DNA of 64,000 nucleotides from Paraphysomonas bandaiensis (Eukaryota > Protista > Chrysophyceae): contig CBFFRP010000149.1 of the NCBI GenBank assembly GCA_965644295.1, forward strand, positions 124,001 through 188,000, written 5' to 3'. The notes beneath the pieces are model-generated. The model was not told the origin of the DNA, ran no database searches, and saw only the letters and a list, made by a program, of their open reading frames with translations. Position numbers and translations under genes: made by a program. This document shows, piece by piece, positions 24,108 through 34,276 of the stretch (the first letter of the stretch is position 1; each line of letters begins with the position of its first letter).

Positions 24108-24799
24108 GAGTACACATGTACGAAATGATATACTGCAGGAATTCCTACAGCCATGCATAAAACTTGGGTTTTTTACTGAAAACTAGGCGGATGTGTATAA
24201 AACGAGGGACGAGATGTCCCCATCAATTTTCAGGATTTGGTTTGGAAGGCATCCACTCAAGATACTAACATGTGTGCAATGAAATTGCACCAAAATCATG
24301 TATCTATCCAACCTTATCATGCATGCATCTAACCACAATATCTTATACATTTCATGTATTTCCTTCACCCTTCTTTGTAAAGAATCAGGACCAGAGATTT
24401 TTGTTGGTAATTTTATACCTTTTACTCCGTCTTGAGTATTGGTTATTATTTCTTCTGGTATATAGACTCCAAATAACAATCTCTAATCTCGCCTATATCT
24501 TCTTTTTCATATGCACTCAATCGCATAGAGGGTTGATATAAGGAATTAACGAAACTACTTTTGAGTACTGGACTAACGTGTTCCTTAGCCTTTATAACAT
24601 TTGGCTCTCTCACTAATATTTTCCGACAGAAGCTGAGTCTTCTCAGCATGACCCGAGGCCGTAGCTAACATTTTCCCAGCTGCATCTCTTTCCATAAAAT
24701 GAGATGGAAAATGATTAACTAAGTTATATGATTTTATAACTTCTCTACCTGTAATGATGTCGAATGGGCTATCTATGATTGAGCATTCCTCTGTGGAGT

Positions 24800-25520
24800 T
24801 GGAGCTCGGAGTTCATTATGTCCCGTGGCCCCTGTGTCCAGTAAAGCACTAGCGTTTAAGCTTTCCTTTACCTGTTGCTACTAGAATTAATTCCTACACT
24901 TGTAAGCATTCGTCTCCACAAGGAATCACCATATAGGTCCAGGAGAGTTCAAGGGACACAACAGCGACAGTCCTGCAACCACTCCTCATACACTCACCAA
25001 GGGAAGGGAATTTCCTCCGACAATAGTGGTGACGGACCGCAAAAATTTACGTGGACTAGACAAACCAAATCTCCAAAAATATCCACCCCACCACTTGCTT
25101 TGCTCACTGACTACTTTCCCGTCAAATGGAGGTCTTCCGTTAGTAGATCTTCTCAATCTGATATTATAGCACCCCCAGCAACGGATTTACACTATACCCC
25201 TCTAGCTTCAGTAACCTGCTCGGACAAGAAACAGCATACAGCATCTAATGGCACATCCTCATACCCCTCCCTCCAACCAGTGGAACCTGAGTCGGCACCT
25301 TTCCACTGAGACAACGCCACATTCCACCTCTCAGTCCACACATATAATGCTCGGTACACTTCGGACCTTAATACAGAGCCCGGTGGAACCTCATCCCAAG
25401 GGGAGACCCCCTGATCACACACGCCAGTGAGTCCTGGGACACACGATCCTGGCGAACCTCACAATCAACATTTGAACGGAAGTGGTCGCACCTTGGTGCT
25501 TGCCGACGCACAAGCAGCTT
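24800..25520 (-). mobile_element. Degraded retrotransposon remnant (Ty3/gypsy-type aspartic protease motif)
   Basis: Minus strand 24859-24812 reads LNASALLDTGATGHNE. The surrounding block is more GC-rich and has broken frames. Confidence 0.5.
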
Positions 25521-25668
25521 CTGTAGCGCTAAATAGTAGGATAATAGAGCTTGTGCTGATTAGTTATGGGTAGAGGTCTAAATAGTCTGTCTAGCATTCA
25601 ACTAGCCACTACATTGGGGCAGATTTTTAATGCCTATTGCTAAATAATAAGACTTTCAATAATATATA

Positions 25669-25790
25669 CAGTGAGAACCCGGGTGGGGAACCGCTGAACT
25701 AAGCAATGTGTACATAAGTAGAGACGAGCAATCGCAGCACTCAGCAGCACTCATTAGAGGGCCGCACGCAGTGATTAGTTGCGATGTCAG
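25669..25790 (+). repeat. Dispersed repeat starting TA|CAGTGAGAA, second copy at 31441-31522
   Basis: Shared CAGTGAGAA.CCGGGTGGGGAACCGCTGAACTAAGCAATGTGTACATA and GCACGCAGTGATTAGTT..TGTCAG. Confidence 0.8.
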
Positions 25791-25878
25791 CCACAGCTCT
25801 GTATTCTATGTAGCAATGAAATACAGAATCTACAAGACTGCAACAACAAGAGTAGGTACTAAATTTACAAAGAAACTC

Positions 25879-27591
25879 TTAAACAGTATAGGAAGGAGGA
25901 TGAACAGCAGGATGTCTCTTACGGTAGATGTTGCACCTATTCCAGCAACAAACAAAAGCAACAATAACTAGAGGTATCAGAATCAGTAGATACAACCACC
26001 AGAAATTAGCACTACTACTGCCACCCCCACCGCCATCGCCTGATTTACTACTCAACGGCTCTTTAGAAAATGTAAAGCCAGAAATATCAAATCCATATGA
26101 CGTATATACGGAACCAGTAACTAGTGTAATATTCACCTGATTTCCACTTACCCATGAGCTATCGAATTGTCCCAAAGCCCCTGAATAACTCTGTTGAATA
26201 TGTCCATCAGAGTCAATCAGCTCAACCACATCATGATCCTTTACTGTTTCGAACATAGAGAAATGCACTTGAATTTTAGCAGCGCTAGCCTCGTAGAAAC
26301 TGTGGCTATAGGTAGCCGAATTTTCACAGGGATGGGGGGTCGAATAAGATGACGCCCTGTAGCCAAATAGCGTAGGCTGCGAAGTGGGAACAGAAGAGGT
26401 AGGTTGAGCTGTACGTGATGAGGGAATTGAAGAGGGGATTGACGTGGTCGGCTGCAAAGTGGGAATCGATGAAGGAATTGAAGAGGGGATTGACGTGGTC
26501 GGCTGCAACGTGGGAATCGATGAAGGAATTGAAGAGGGGATTGACGTGGTCGGCTGCAAAGTGGGAATCGATGAAGGAATTGAAGAGGGGATTGACGTGG
26601 TCGGCTGCAAAGTGGGAATCGATGAAGGAATTGAAGAGGGGATTGACGTGGTTGGCTGTGCTGTAGGATTCGTAGAAAAGGTAATAATCTGCAATCCTGT
26701 GTAACCATCGGCAACATATGCCACCTCATTCACCACATACACCCGTAAGCCAGAACCAGGTGTATCGTAAGAACCCAATAGCAATGGGCTGGTCGGATCA
26801 CTCACGTTGATAATTTGCAATCCTGAGCCACCATTGGAAACATATGCCACCTCATTCACCACATACACCGAACTGACAAAGCTAGGTGTTTCGTAAGAAC
26901 CCAATAGCAATGGGTTGGTCGAATCACTCACGTCAATAATCTGCAATAATCCTGCATAATCATCGGCAACATACGCCACCTCATTCACCACATACACCCC
27001 ATAGCCAGAACCAGGTGTATCGTAAGAACCCAATAGCAATGGGTTGGTCGAATCACTCACGTTGATAATTTGCAATCCTGGATAATCATCGGCAACATAC
27101 GCCACCTCATTCACCACATACACCCCATAGCCAGTACCAGTTGCATCGTAAGAACCCAATAGCAATGGGCTGGTCGAATCACTTACGTCAATAATCTGCA
27201 ATCCTGAGTCACCATCGGCAACATATGCCACCTCATTCACCACATACACCCCATAGGGATAACCAGGTGTATCGTAAGAACCCAATAGCAATGGGCTGGT
27301 CGAATTACTCACGTTGATAATATGCAATCCTGTATAATCATCGGTAACATACGCCACCTCATTCACCACATACACCGAACCGGCATAGCTAGGTGTACCG
27401 TAAGAACCCAATAGCAATGGGCTGGTCGGATCACTCACGTTGATAATTTGCAATCCTGACGTACCATCTGCAACATACGCCACCTCATTCACCACATACA
27501 CTCCAAAGGCAGAACCAGGTGTATCGTAAGAACCCAAATAGCTCTGACCTGCTGTGGTTAGTACATGTATTGCAATAATGATAACATACAT
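25879..27591 (-). CDS. Type I membrane protein: signal peptide, 7 LVIVD repeats, PT/PS stalk, CUB-like domain, TM, short tail
   Basis: Intronless. 42-aa repeats SYDTPG..GVYVVNEVAYVADG..GLQIINVSDPTSPLLLG, (IPSSIPSSIPTLQPTTS)n stalk, FETVKDHDVVELID..YSG..GF, TM segment FWWLYLLILIPLVIVAFV. Confidence 0.85.
   Translation of the reverse strand: MYVIIIAIHVLTTAGQSYLGSYDTPGSAFGVYVVNEVAYVADGTSGLQIINVSDPTSPLLLGSYGTPSYAGSVYVVNEVAYVTDDYTGLHIINVSNSTSPLLLGSYDTPGYPYGVYVVNEVAYVADGDSGLQIIDVSDSTSPLLLGSYDATGTGYGVYVVNEVAYVADDYPGLQIINVSDSTNPLLLGSYDTPGSGYGVYVVNEVAYVADDYAGLLQIIDVSDSTNPLLLGSYETPSFVSSVYVVNEVAYVSNGGSGLQIINVSDPTSPLLLGSYDTPGSGLRVYVVNEVAYVADGYTGLQIITFSTNPTAQPTTSIPSSIPSSIPTLQPTTSIPSSIPSSIPTLQPTTSIPSSIPSSIPTLQPTTSIPSSIPSSIPTLQPTTSIPSSIPSSRTAQPTSSVPTSQPTLFGYRASSYSTPHPCENSATYSHSFYEASAAKIQVHFSMFETVKDHDVVELIDSDGHIQQSYSGALGQFDSSWVSGNQVNITLVTGSVYTSYGFDISGFTFSKEPLSSKSGDGGGGGSSSANFWWLYLLILIPLVIVAFVCCWNRCNIYRKRHPAVHPPSYTV
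26420..26660. repeat. Coding tandem repeat (60-bp unit, ~4 copies) encoding the Pro/Ser/Thr stalk
   Basis: GAAGGAATTGAAGAGGGGATTGACGTGGTCGGCTGCAAAGTGGGAATCGAT-type units repeated in tandem. Confidence 0.85.
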
Positions 27592-28021
27592 AGTAGACAA
27601 CTGATGTTTGACAAGAGAAACAATCGAACTGAATTATATGAGTTTCTTGACATACAGAAGTACTGGAGTATTGGTTGTACTGCGTTATATACATGTACGA
27701 GAGTGATGACAGCCAATTCGGGGTAGTCCAAAAAAATGAATTTTGTTTTTTTGTATCGTTGGGTACATTAAACACTGAATTCTAGTGGGTGACTACCTAA
27801 ATTGCACAAACACATAAATGCATAAAAAATCTGGGATTATAGAAATCTGGGTATTTATGCAGGGTGTGACTTCCTTAATTGCATAAATACATAAATAATA
27901 AAATGGCCATTGCAGATTTCATGCATATTTGAATTTTAAAAATAGTGAAGTCTCTTGCAGTGATGAGTGAGACATATGGAGTGGATATTTTTAAAATAGT
28001 AAAGTAAGGAATTCGTCGAGT

Positions 28022-28889
28022 ATGACAACTTCATCTAGCAGTGGTCGACGGGCAGGTGTCCCGAACTACAAGAAGGGAATTGTCTTGAATATAGTCAATG
28101 ACATTCTTCCGTCTTCTAGTCTAGACTGGGTAGCTGTGGCAGAGAGGTCAGATAGCAGTGCATACACTGAATAGTTATATTTATCAGTTGTACAGATATA
28201 AGATTGCTGCCCAAGAGACTGTTGATCGTGAAGGTCCTGATATGAAGAGATACTTCATACAGAAACTATGCAACAATGGGCGCAAGCCCACTGGAAACAG
28301 TGGGACGAATGATACCACTCGTCGTGCCCAAGAGATTTATCAACGTATTCTGTGCAAGGAAAATGTCGGCATCTATGGAGACGACTCAGACATTGACAGT
28401 CCATTGGATTTTGAGGAGGAGTTTCCAGAAATGGGAAATCTCGAAGGACCGGAAAGCAACTCCGACGACGAGCATAATGACGAAATTGCTGACCAACCAG
28501 TAAACAACGAACCAGTTGCCGAGCCTCCACAGAAGAAACGTAGAACCGAAAAGTCGAAGAACTGCCGAAATGGCATCTCGGCTAGAACTTCCGTCTCGAA
28601 AGCAATTAAGACTTGCGTGGACGGGTTGCAAGGTAGCAATAATACAAACGTCTTATTATCTTGCATGCAGATGATGCAGCAACAAAATCAGCAGATGATG
28701 CAGCAACAAAATCAGCAGATGATGCAGATGATGATGTTCATGATGGGAAATCGTGGTTCATCACAGAATACTACTCCTGGTACCCCGCTGCAAATGTCCA
28801 CCACAAGTACACCACAGAGCAGCAACTCATCAGATTCATGTGGGAGTAATCCATCAAATTCATTTCAAAATCCTAGTGTAGTATTGTAG
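28022..28889 (+). CDS. Harbinger accessory Myb/SANT-like DNA-binding protein (1 intron)
   Basis: Spliced GRRAGVPNYKK..LNIVNDILP..DWVAVAER|YK..R..DMKRYFIQKLCN..KPTG, followed by acidic, NLS-like (PPQKKRR) and Q/M-rich regions. Confidence 0.75.
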
Positions 28890-28946
28890 ACAGCTAGGGT
28901 TGATTACTAATGTGAAAGTAAGCAATGCATAATTAAGAAATATTTA

Positions 28947-30077
28947 TTACATGAAGTATCTTGCAATGTGGTCGTAACCTTCCACATTTACGTACTCCTC
29001 ATACAAAGGATTAAATACAGTTGCTATTTGATTAAGTCCTACATGGTGAGTGCGAAAATTGTGAACCAGCACAATAGCTAGTAATATTTTCCCTCGAATA
29101 AATTTGCACGAGGGTAGACGACTCTTCAATCGAGAAAACGTTCCTTGTAGTGCTCGCATACCCCATTCAGCCGCCTGTCTCAATGATATGCACTTAGCAT
29201 GCCTTCTTAGTAGAGCATGCCGCAAATTTGGAGCCAGTTTAGCTCTAGCTTTTCTTGACAAAGGACCTACTAGTTTGTCATAGAGATCACCAGAGCGCGG
29301 AAATCCTTGATCAACGCAAAAGGCGTATACACCAATGTCTCTTCTGACCTTCTCTATAAAAGAAGCTGCCACTTGTGAATCGTGCCATGAACCGGGAAAG
29401 TTAAGACAAGCGTATAGAACTATACCTTTAGGCGAAAAGGCTAGTACATTGTTAGTCATGGTATCGTGATAGTATCCATTGTACATGACGGACTGTTCGT
29501 GGTCGTCATCACTGCATTGTACAGGCAGACTCACGCCATCAACGAAACCGATAATATTTTTTAAAGTGGGCTCACGTCTCTCTACTAAAGCTGCGAACTC
29601 AGACATCTGCTCCCTATCGGGAAATCTTATGCGACTGTGCTCCTCTTTTGCAAGAATTCTACATACTTCATATAACATAGTCTTTATTACTCTGGATGCG
29701 GTTGAAGGAACCACCCCAAACAGTAAACATAGGTGCTTTATACGCATACTAGAATTCACATAAAACAGAAATAGGCCAAGTTTACCATCATTGTCAAGGC
29801 TACTAGGTCGACCGGATTTGAGGACAACATCTTCAGCAAATAAGATACCCCTCAACAACTTAAAAACCGGTCTCGTCATCCCTGTCAGTAGTAGAAAAGA
29901 TTGATCATCTGCCCCATGCAACACACGAACCCATGGTGCGAAACGAGGAGAAACAACTGCCGATCTCGTCAAGTTAGCACGACTTCTACAGCTGTTATAC
30001 AATAGCAACAAGAGAAGTACGCACAGTAACTTCTGCTTAGATTCATTCCTGTCGATTAAGCTACAGTTGGGTAGCAT
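28947..30077 (-). CDS. Harbinger/IS5-like DDE transposase (DDE_Tnp_4)
   Basis: HTH LCLLFGVVPSTASRVI, IIGFVDG, FPGSWHDS, CVDQGFP, RQAAEWGMRALQGTF.RL and LVHNFR. No stops in frame. Confidence 0.92.
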   Translation of the reverse strand: MLPNCSLIDRNESKQKLLCVLLLLLLYNSCRSRANLTRSAVVSPRFAPWVRVLHGADDQSFLLLTGMTRPVFKLLRGILFAEDVVLKSGRPSSLDNDGKLGLFLFYVNSSMRIKHLCLLFGVVPSTASRVIKTMLYEVCRILAKEEHSRIRFPDREQMSEFAALVERREPTLKNIIGFVDGVSLPVQCSDDDHEQSVMYNGYYHDTMTNNVLAFSPKGIVLYACLNFPGSWHDSQVAASFIEKVRRDIGVYAFCVDQGFPRSGDLYDKLVGPLSRKARAKLAPNLRHALLRRHAKCISLRQAAEWGMRALQGTFSRLKSRLPSCKFIRGKILLAIVLVHNFRTHHVGLNQIATVFNPLYEEYVNVEGYDHIARYFM

Positions 30078-30428
30078 ATGTCTACTTTATATAGCTTCAG
30101 CTCTTTAAATAGTTTATGCATATGTTTATGCATATAGGATAGTTTGTACGAGGGGTCCGGGGGGGTCTCCTAAAAAAACATAAAATCTGCATAAATTCAT
30201 GAGTTTATGCAGCCTATTTTATGCAGATTTATGTGTTTGTGCAATTTAGGTAGTCACCCAGTACATAAGCACTGAATTCTGGTACATAAGCACTGAATTC
30301 TGAGGAACAGAATATCTTCAACTCCGCCTCCTACACACACTTCCATACAAAAAAACAGAATTCATGTGCTTTCAAAAATCAAAAATAGCAGGATTTTTGG
30401 AAAAAGCAGTCTAATATCTACACAGAGT

Positions 30429-30506
30429 AGGCAGCCCCAAAAAACTACCCAAGTCCAAAAAACTCCATGAAGTTTTTTGGTCTTGGGTAGTTTTTTGGGG
30501 CTGCCT
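30429..30506. repeat. 78-bp near-perfect palindrome, with a second hairpin at 30535-30570
   Basis: AGGCAGCCCCAAAAAACTACCCAAG.CCAAAAAACT / AGTTTTTTGG.CTTGGGTAGTTTTTTGGGGCTGCCT, and AAAATCCTGAAAT / ATTTCAGGATTTT. Confidence 0.85.
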
Positions 30507-31440
30507 GGATTTTAAGGCAAGGGTGGGAATTCCCAAAATCCTGAAATCAGACAAATAATTTCAGGATTTTAGGAAATATGCACTGTCTCGTTGTATGGAA
30601 TACACTGTCATAGAAGAGCGGAATCATCTCGTCACACTAACGGTCCAATACTTACATATCACTGACAAGAAGATAGAGAACAGCGATCGGAAACGCTCAG
30701 GAGGTAGTCTCAAAGCGTCAATGTACGAAGACAGAAAGGTGTTACGGCGGCATGATGAAACTATTCTCTGAATGACGAGACATACATGAAGATCCACCAG
30801 TAGTCTCTTCATTGTACCACTCTCATACTGGAGAGTTTCCGAATGATACTTTGATTGAAGTATTTTGTCATATGTATTGGTAACGGAGGTGACTACATCC
30901 TGGATGAAGAAAATATTTCTACAACTCAGGAAGCAATATCCGGTAGAATAGAGGCACTTCATATTACAGTCCATCGGCAGTTCATATGCGGTTTATGCAA
31001 TAGTTTAGATGGCAGTGCATGCAACAGTTAGTCGGCATTTTGTATGACAGTTCATGCAACAGTTCAGATATCTAATCTTGTTTCTAAATGGAGAAGGTTC
31101 TAGGATTTTTCTCGTGCGTTGACCTTTATACACATTTGGGATTATAAGTACATCAAAACATATGAGCAACAATGATGATGTATGCACGACCTGGTCCACG
31201 GTGACTTAGGGAAAGAAAAAAGTGTGGTCAAATGAGTTATGTGGGACACTCTACTTAGCCGAGTTGATCATTGTACTACAATTGTATTTAGGAATACGGA
31301 TGGGGGGTGCCCCATTCTGAGCGTGTACGTACGGTGAGTACCTAACTAATACTTGATTGAAGTCCCATACGTTATTTGCTAGCTACCTACTGAACCCAAC
31401 AGGCTACATCATTATCACATGATATTCAGCGCTGAATATA

Positions 31441-31522
31441 CAGTGAGAAACCGGGTGGGGAACCGCTGAACTAAGCAATGTGTACATAGGAAGAGGCACG
31501 CAGTGATTAGTTACGCTGTCAG
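31441..31522 (+). repeat. Second, internally deleted copy of the 25669-25790 repeat
   Basis: Direct sequence match. Confidence 0.8.
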
Positions 31523-31540
31523 TATGGGGCAGCAAGCACA

Positions 31541-31738
31541 GAAATTTTTGAGAGAAAGGAATAAGCGACTAAACTAATACTAGTTTTTTACTTCTGCTGC
31601 AATTGCAATAATTTGTGATCGGCTGATACAAAATCAAAATTGAGAAAATGCAATCGGTCACCGTAAACCGAAATTTTTGAGAGAATGGAATAAGCGACTA
31701 AACTAATCACAGTTGTTTACATATGCTGCAATTGCAAT
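31541..31738. repeat. Imperfect direct duplication (~69 bp, period 129)
   Basis: GAAATTTTTGAGAGAA.GGAATAAGCGACTAAACTAAT..TGCTGCAATTGCAAT at 31541 and 31670. Confidence 0.75.
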
Positions 31739-32089
31739 CAATTTTTTCTCACCATCTGGCAGATATTTTTATATGAGAGCGCACTACTTGTCATTTACTG
31801 TAGAACAAGAAATGCTAAGTCATTTGGCTAGATCAGGGCTAGGGAACAATATATAATGCAATATCGCCCTATCAAATTATTGATATAGTCATTTGAACCG
31901 GCCCAACAGTATTATTGCAATATATTAGTATCATAAATCAGTAATTAAACACATGCGTAGATTCCATTTTAGTACTAGTCATTAAGATCACATGATAATC
32001 AAACCCACTACGCTGGCAAGCAAAGACTACCTACTGCTTAGCTAATCACAATTTTCCTCATACTCACCCTCTGAGCCATCATCGGTGAT

Positions 32090-32650
32090 GTCATCATCAC
32101 ATAATTCATTCAATATTACTTGAAATATGCATGCATCCGGCCATAACTGTCGATTAGCCTTCAGAAACAACAACACCATTTTTAAGTATAGTAGGATGCA
32201 TACTGCTCCATTCTGAGGGGGGCGTGCTCTACTGCAGTACCAGTGTTGAATAAGCCAAACAAGCTCGTTAGATCAAAACTATACTTGCATTGTCCATGAT
32301 TATGAAACACCGTGAATTTTGAGAGGAGGAGTGAGCCCAGTCAATGCCAAGAACGATAGACATATATTGAGTCATGCATGGACACAAGAACCTTTGTGTA
32401 ATCTTTGTCAGGGGATGAGATGGCGAACATGGCCTTCTTAGAATCTGTACTACTTTACATTCCAGAAGTATACATGTGTTAAGAACTTTGAGTCATTCCA
32501 CATCACTCTCTACTACTCCAAGAGTTAGAGTTTGCTAAGTATATAAATTACACTAACTGCTCTTATAATGCAAGCTTCTGCAGTTCTTCTTTCACCACAA
32601 CGACATAATATAGCTAAACAATAGTGCTTCTGCGTAAACATAGAGCTTGC
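32090..32650 (-). mobile_element. Degraded hAT-like transposase remnant
   Basis: Minus strand ~32210-32105 gives SSMHPTIL/ (frameshift) MVLLFLKANRQLWPDACIFQVIL, resembling the hAT C-terminal dimerisation motif R..M.P..LE.LLFLK.NR.LW. Confidence 0.4.
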
Positions 32651-32918
32651 TTGTACTATGTAACTGATCACTCTCAGGCTGGACATGCATCATTTGCTGT
32701 ATATGTACTTTGGAGTGTACTGTGATACGTGTAGAGTACATTTCTAGCAGTACACACACTTTACAATGTAGATGTAAAAATTGACAAGAAAAACTTCATA
32801 AAATATGCAACTTTGATTCATGAAAACTCCACTAATTGGAGAAAGTTGTAGTTTTTATCTCATACACACTCTGTATGGATAGGAGGATACAGTGAACTCA
32901 CTGCAGAACTAAGTATTG

Positions 32919-33048
32919 GCATCCTTTGTGTATTTTTGTTCAAAAATGCCTCTAATATTGAGACAACAATTATCTGTACTCCAGCTGTAGTTGTATGTAC
33001 ATACTATAGAGTATATTTGCTTCAATATATTTCCGAATAATAAGATGC
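32919..33048 (+). repeat. ~130-bp dispersed repeat, copy 2 (GCATC...GATGC ends)
   Basis: Aligns with 35657-35786 and with the reverse complement of 3526-3648. Confidence 0.8.
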
Positions 33049-33151
33049 TGACTGCCTATAGGTACTTCGTATAGTATAGTAACCCTATCAACAAGAATGA
33101 TATATAATAAACTCAAGAGATATACTCAGGGTAACGAATAAACGAACCTCA

Positions 33152-33511
33152 ATGGATCAAACAAGTAATACATCATCTAGTACCAATGAAAAAGAGTCCA
33201 TTGTACATTTGCTTCCTTGTAATGTGCAGTATAACGGACCGGCCCCTGTGGAGAGTTATTTTCACCCTACAACTGATCGAAATGGTATTATGGAAGCTGA
33301 TTTTCGTGGAAGAAAGTTAAGTGGTATAGTGGTTGATTTACCAGACAATTGCAAAGGCGCTATTGTTTGTCCCTCAAAATCTAATTCAACAGAAGTTGCT
33401 GGCGTATTCAATCGTATCCATGTCTGGGAACACGATACTACCCCAAGCTCCGATGTTTTAGAAGAATCTCTCGGTTGGATTGAAATAGCGGATGCTGTTC
33501 ATTCATCTTGA
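33152..33511 (+). CDS. RNASEH2C: Ribonuclease H2 subunit C
   Basis: VHLLPC.V.YNGPAPVESYF, ADFRGRKLSG..VDLP, VWEHD..P and W..IADAVH. Confidence 0.85.
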   Translation: MDQTSNTSSSTNEKESIVHLLPCNVQYNGPAPVESYFHPTTDRNGIMEADFRGRKLSGIVVDLPDNCKGAIVCPSKSNSTEVAGVFNRIHVWEHDTTPSSDVLEESLGWIEIADAVHSS

Positions 33512-34276
33512 TTATATAGTAACTAAAATAGTATATGAATATAAATTAATAGGTTCGATTTGGGTACTATTCTGTAGTATTACTCACTTTGAAATGTATG
33601 TAATCTTGAAATATATTTGCAAGGGTTTGCATATTTCTTTGATACCAGTAGCTGGTTATTACAATTTCAAAACACCGTAATATTGTTGTTATCCATATGT
33701 ATTATTCCAAAGTAGCAGATTTCTGGCTATATATAGTGCTTAGAACTTAGAAGTGCATGCACCCGTATTTACTATACCAACTGGTAAATATATGTATACA
33801 AGAAGAGAACTCTGAATATATTTTATACTACTAAGTGATAGTTTCCTATGTGTCATTAAGTGACCACTAACCCTGTCAGATATATGTACTGGCTCATGTG
33901 TAAATTACTGTACCACTGTACGGCACAGTGCTGAGTTTCAATATAAGCTAGTATAATCTTATTTTTTCTGTATCGCAGTTGAAAGCTATGTGTTTATGTC
34001 CAACCATGCAATGGGATTTGACGAAATGCACGATGGCCTACATTAGTCCTAAAGCAAAAAGCAAAGGGAACATTCGAGCCTTCTCTTCGCGCGACACTAG
34101 ATACGGCGGATCCTAACACCATGCTTACCATGTAATCATAATTTTATATCATTCATCCTGTATCTGTGAAATAATTTCTATTTGGCTACAGTTTTAATAC
34201 ATTATCTATCGTCTATCTACATACAGAAGGAGACCACAACAAAATGGAAGCTAAACAAGGGACACCAAGGCAACAT

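Larger units (their letters stand above)
27787..30259. mobile_element. PIF/Harbinger-superfamily (PHIS) DNA transposon, apparently intact, 2473 bp
   Basis: 33-bp perfect TIRs GGGTGACTACCTAAATTGCACAAACACATAAAT, 3-bp TSD AGT (27784-27786 and 30260-30262), and two convergent ORFs. Confidence 0.93.

Noticed and set aside
24183-24649. Two overlapping short minus-strand ORFs, possible frameshifted pseudogene
   Set aside because: No recognisable motif, so no call can be supported.
26241-26729. Repetitive alternative-frame and antisense ORFs over the PT stalk
   Set aside because: Shadows of the coding tandem repeat in the LVIVD gene.
30595-31330. Coding-looking sequence with short ORFs on both strands
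   Set aside because: Frequent stops and no identifiable family. Possibly decayed TE, but unsupported.
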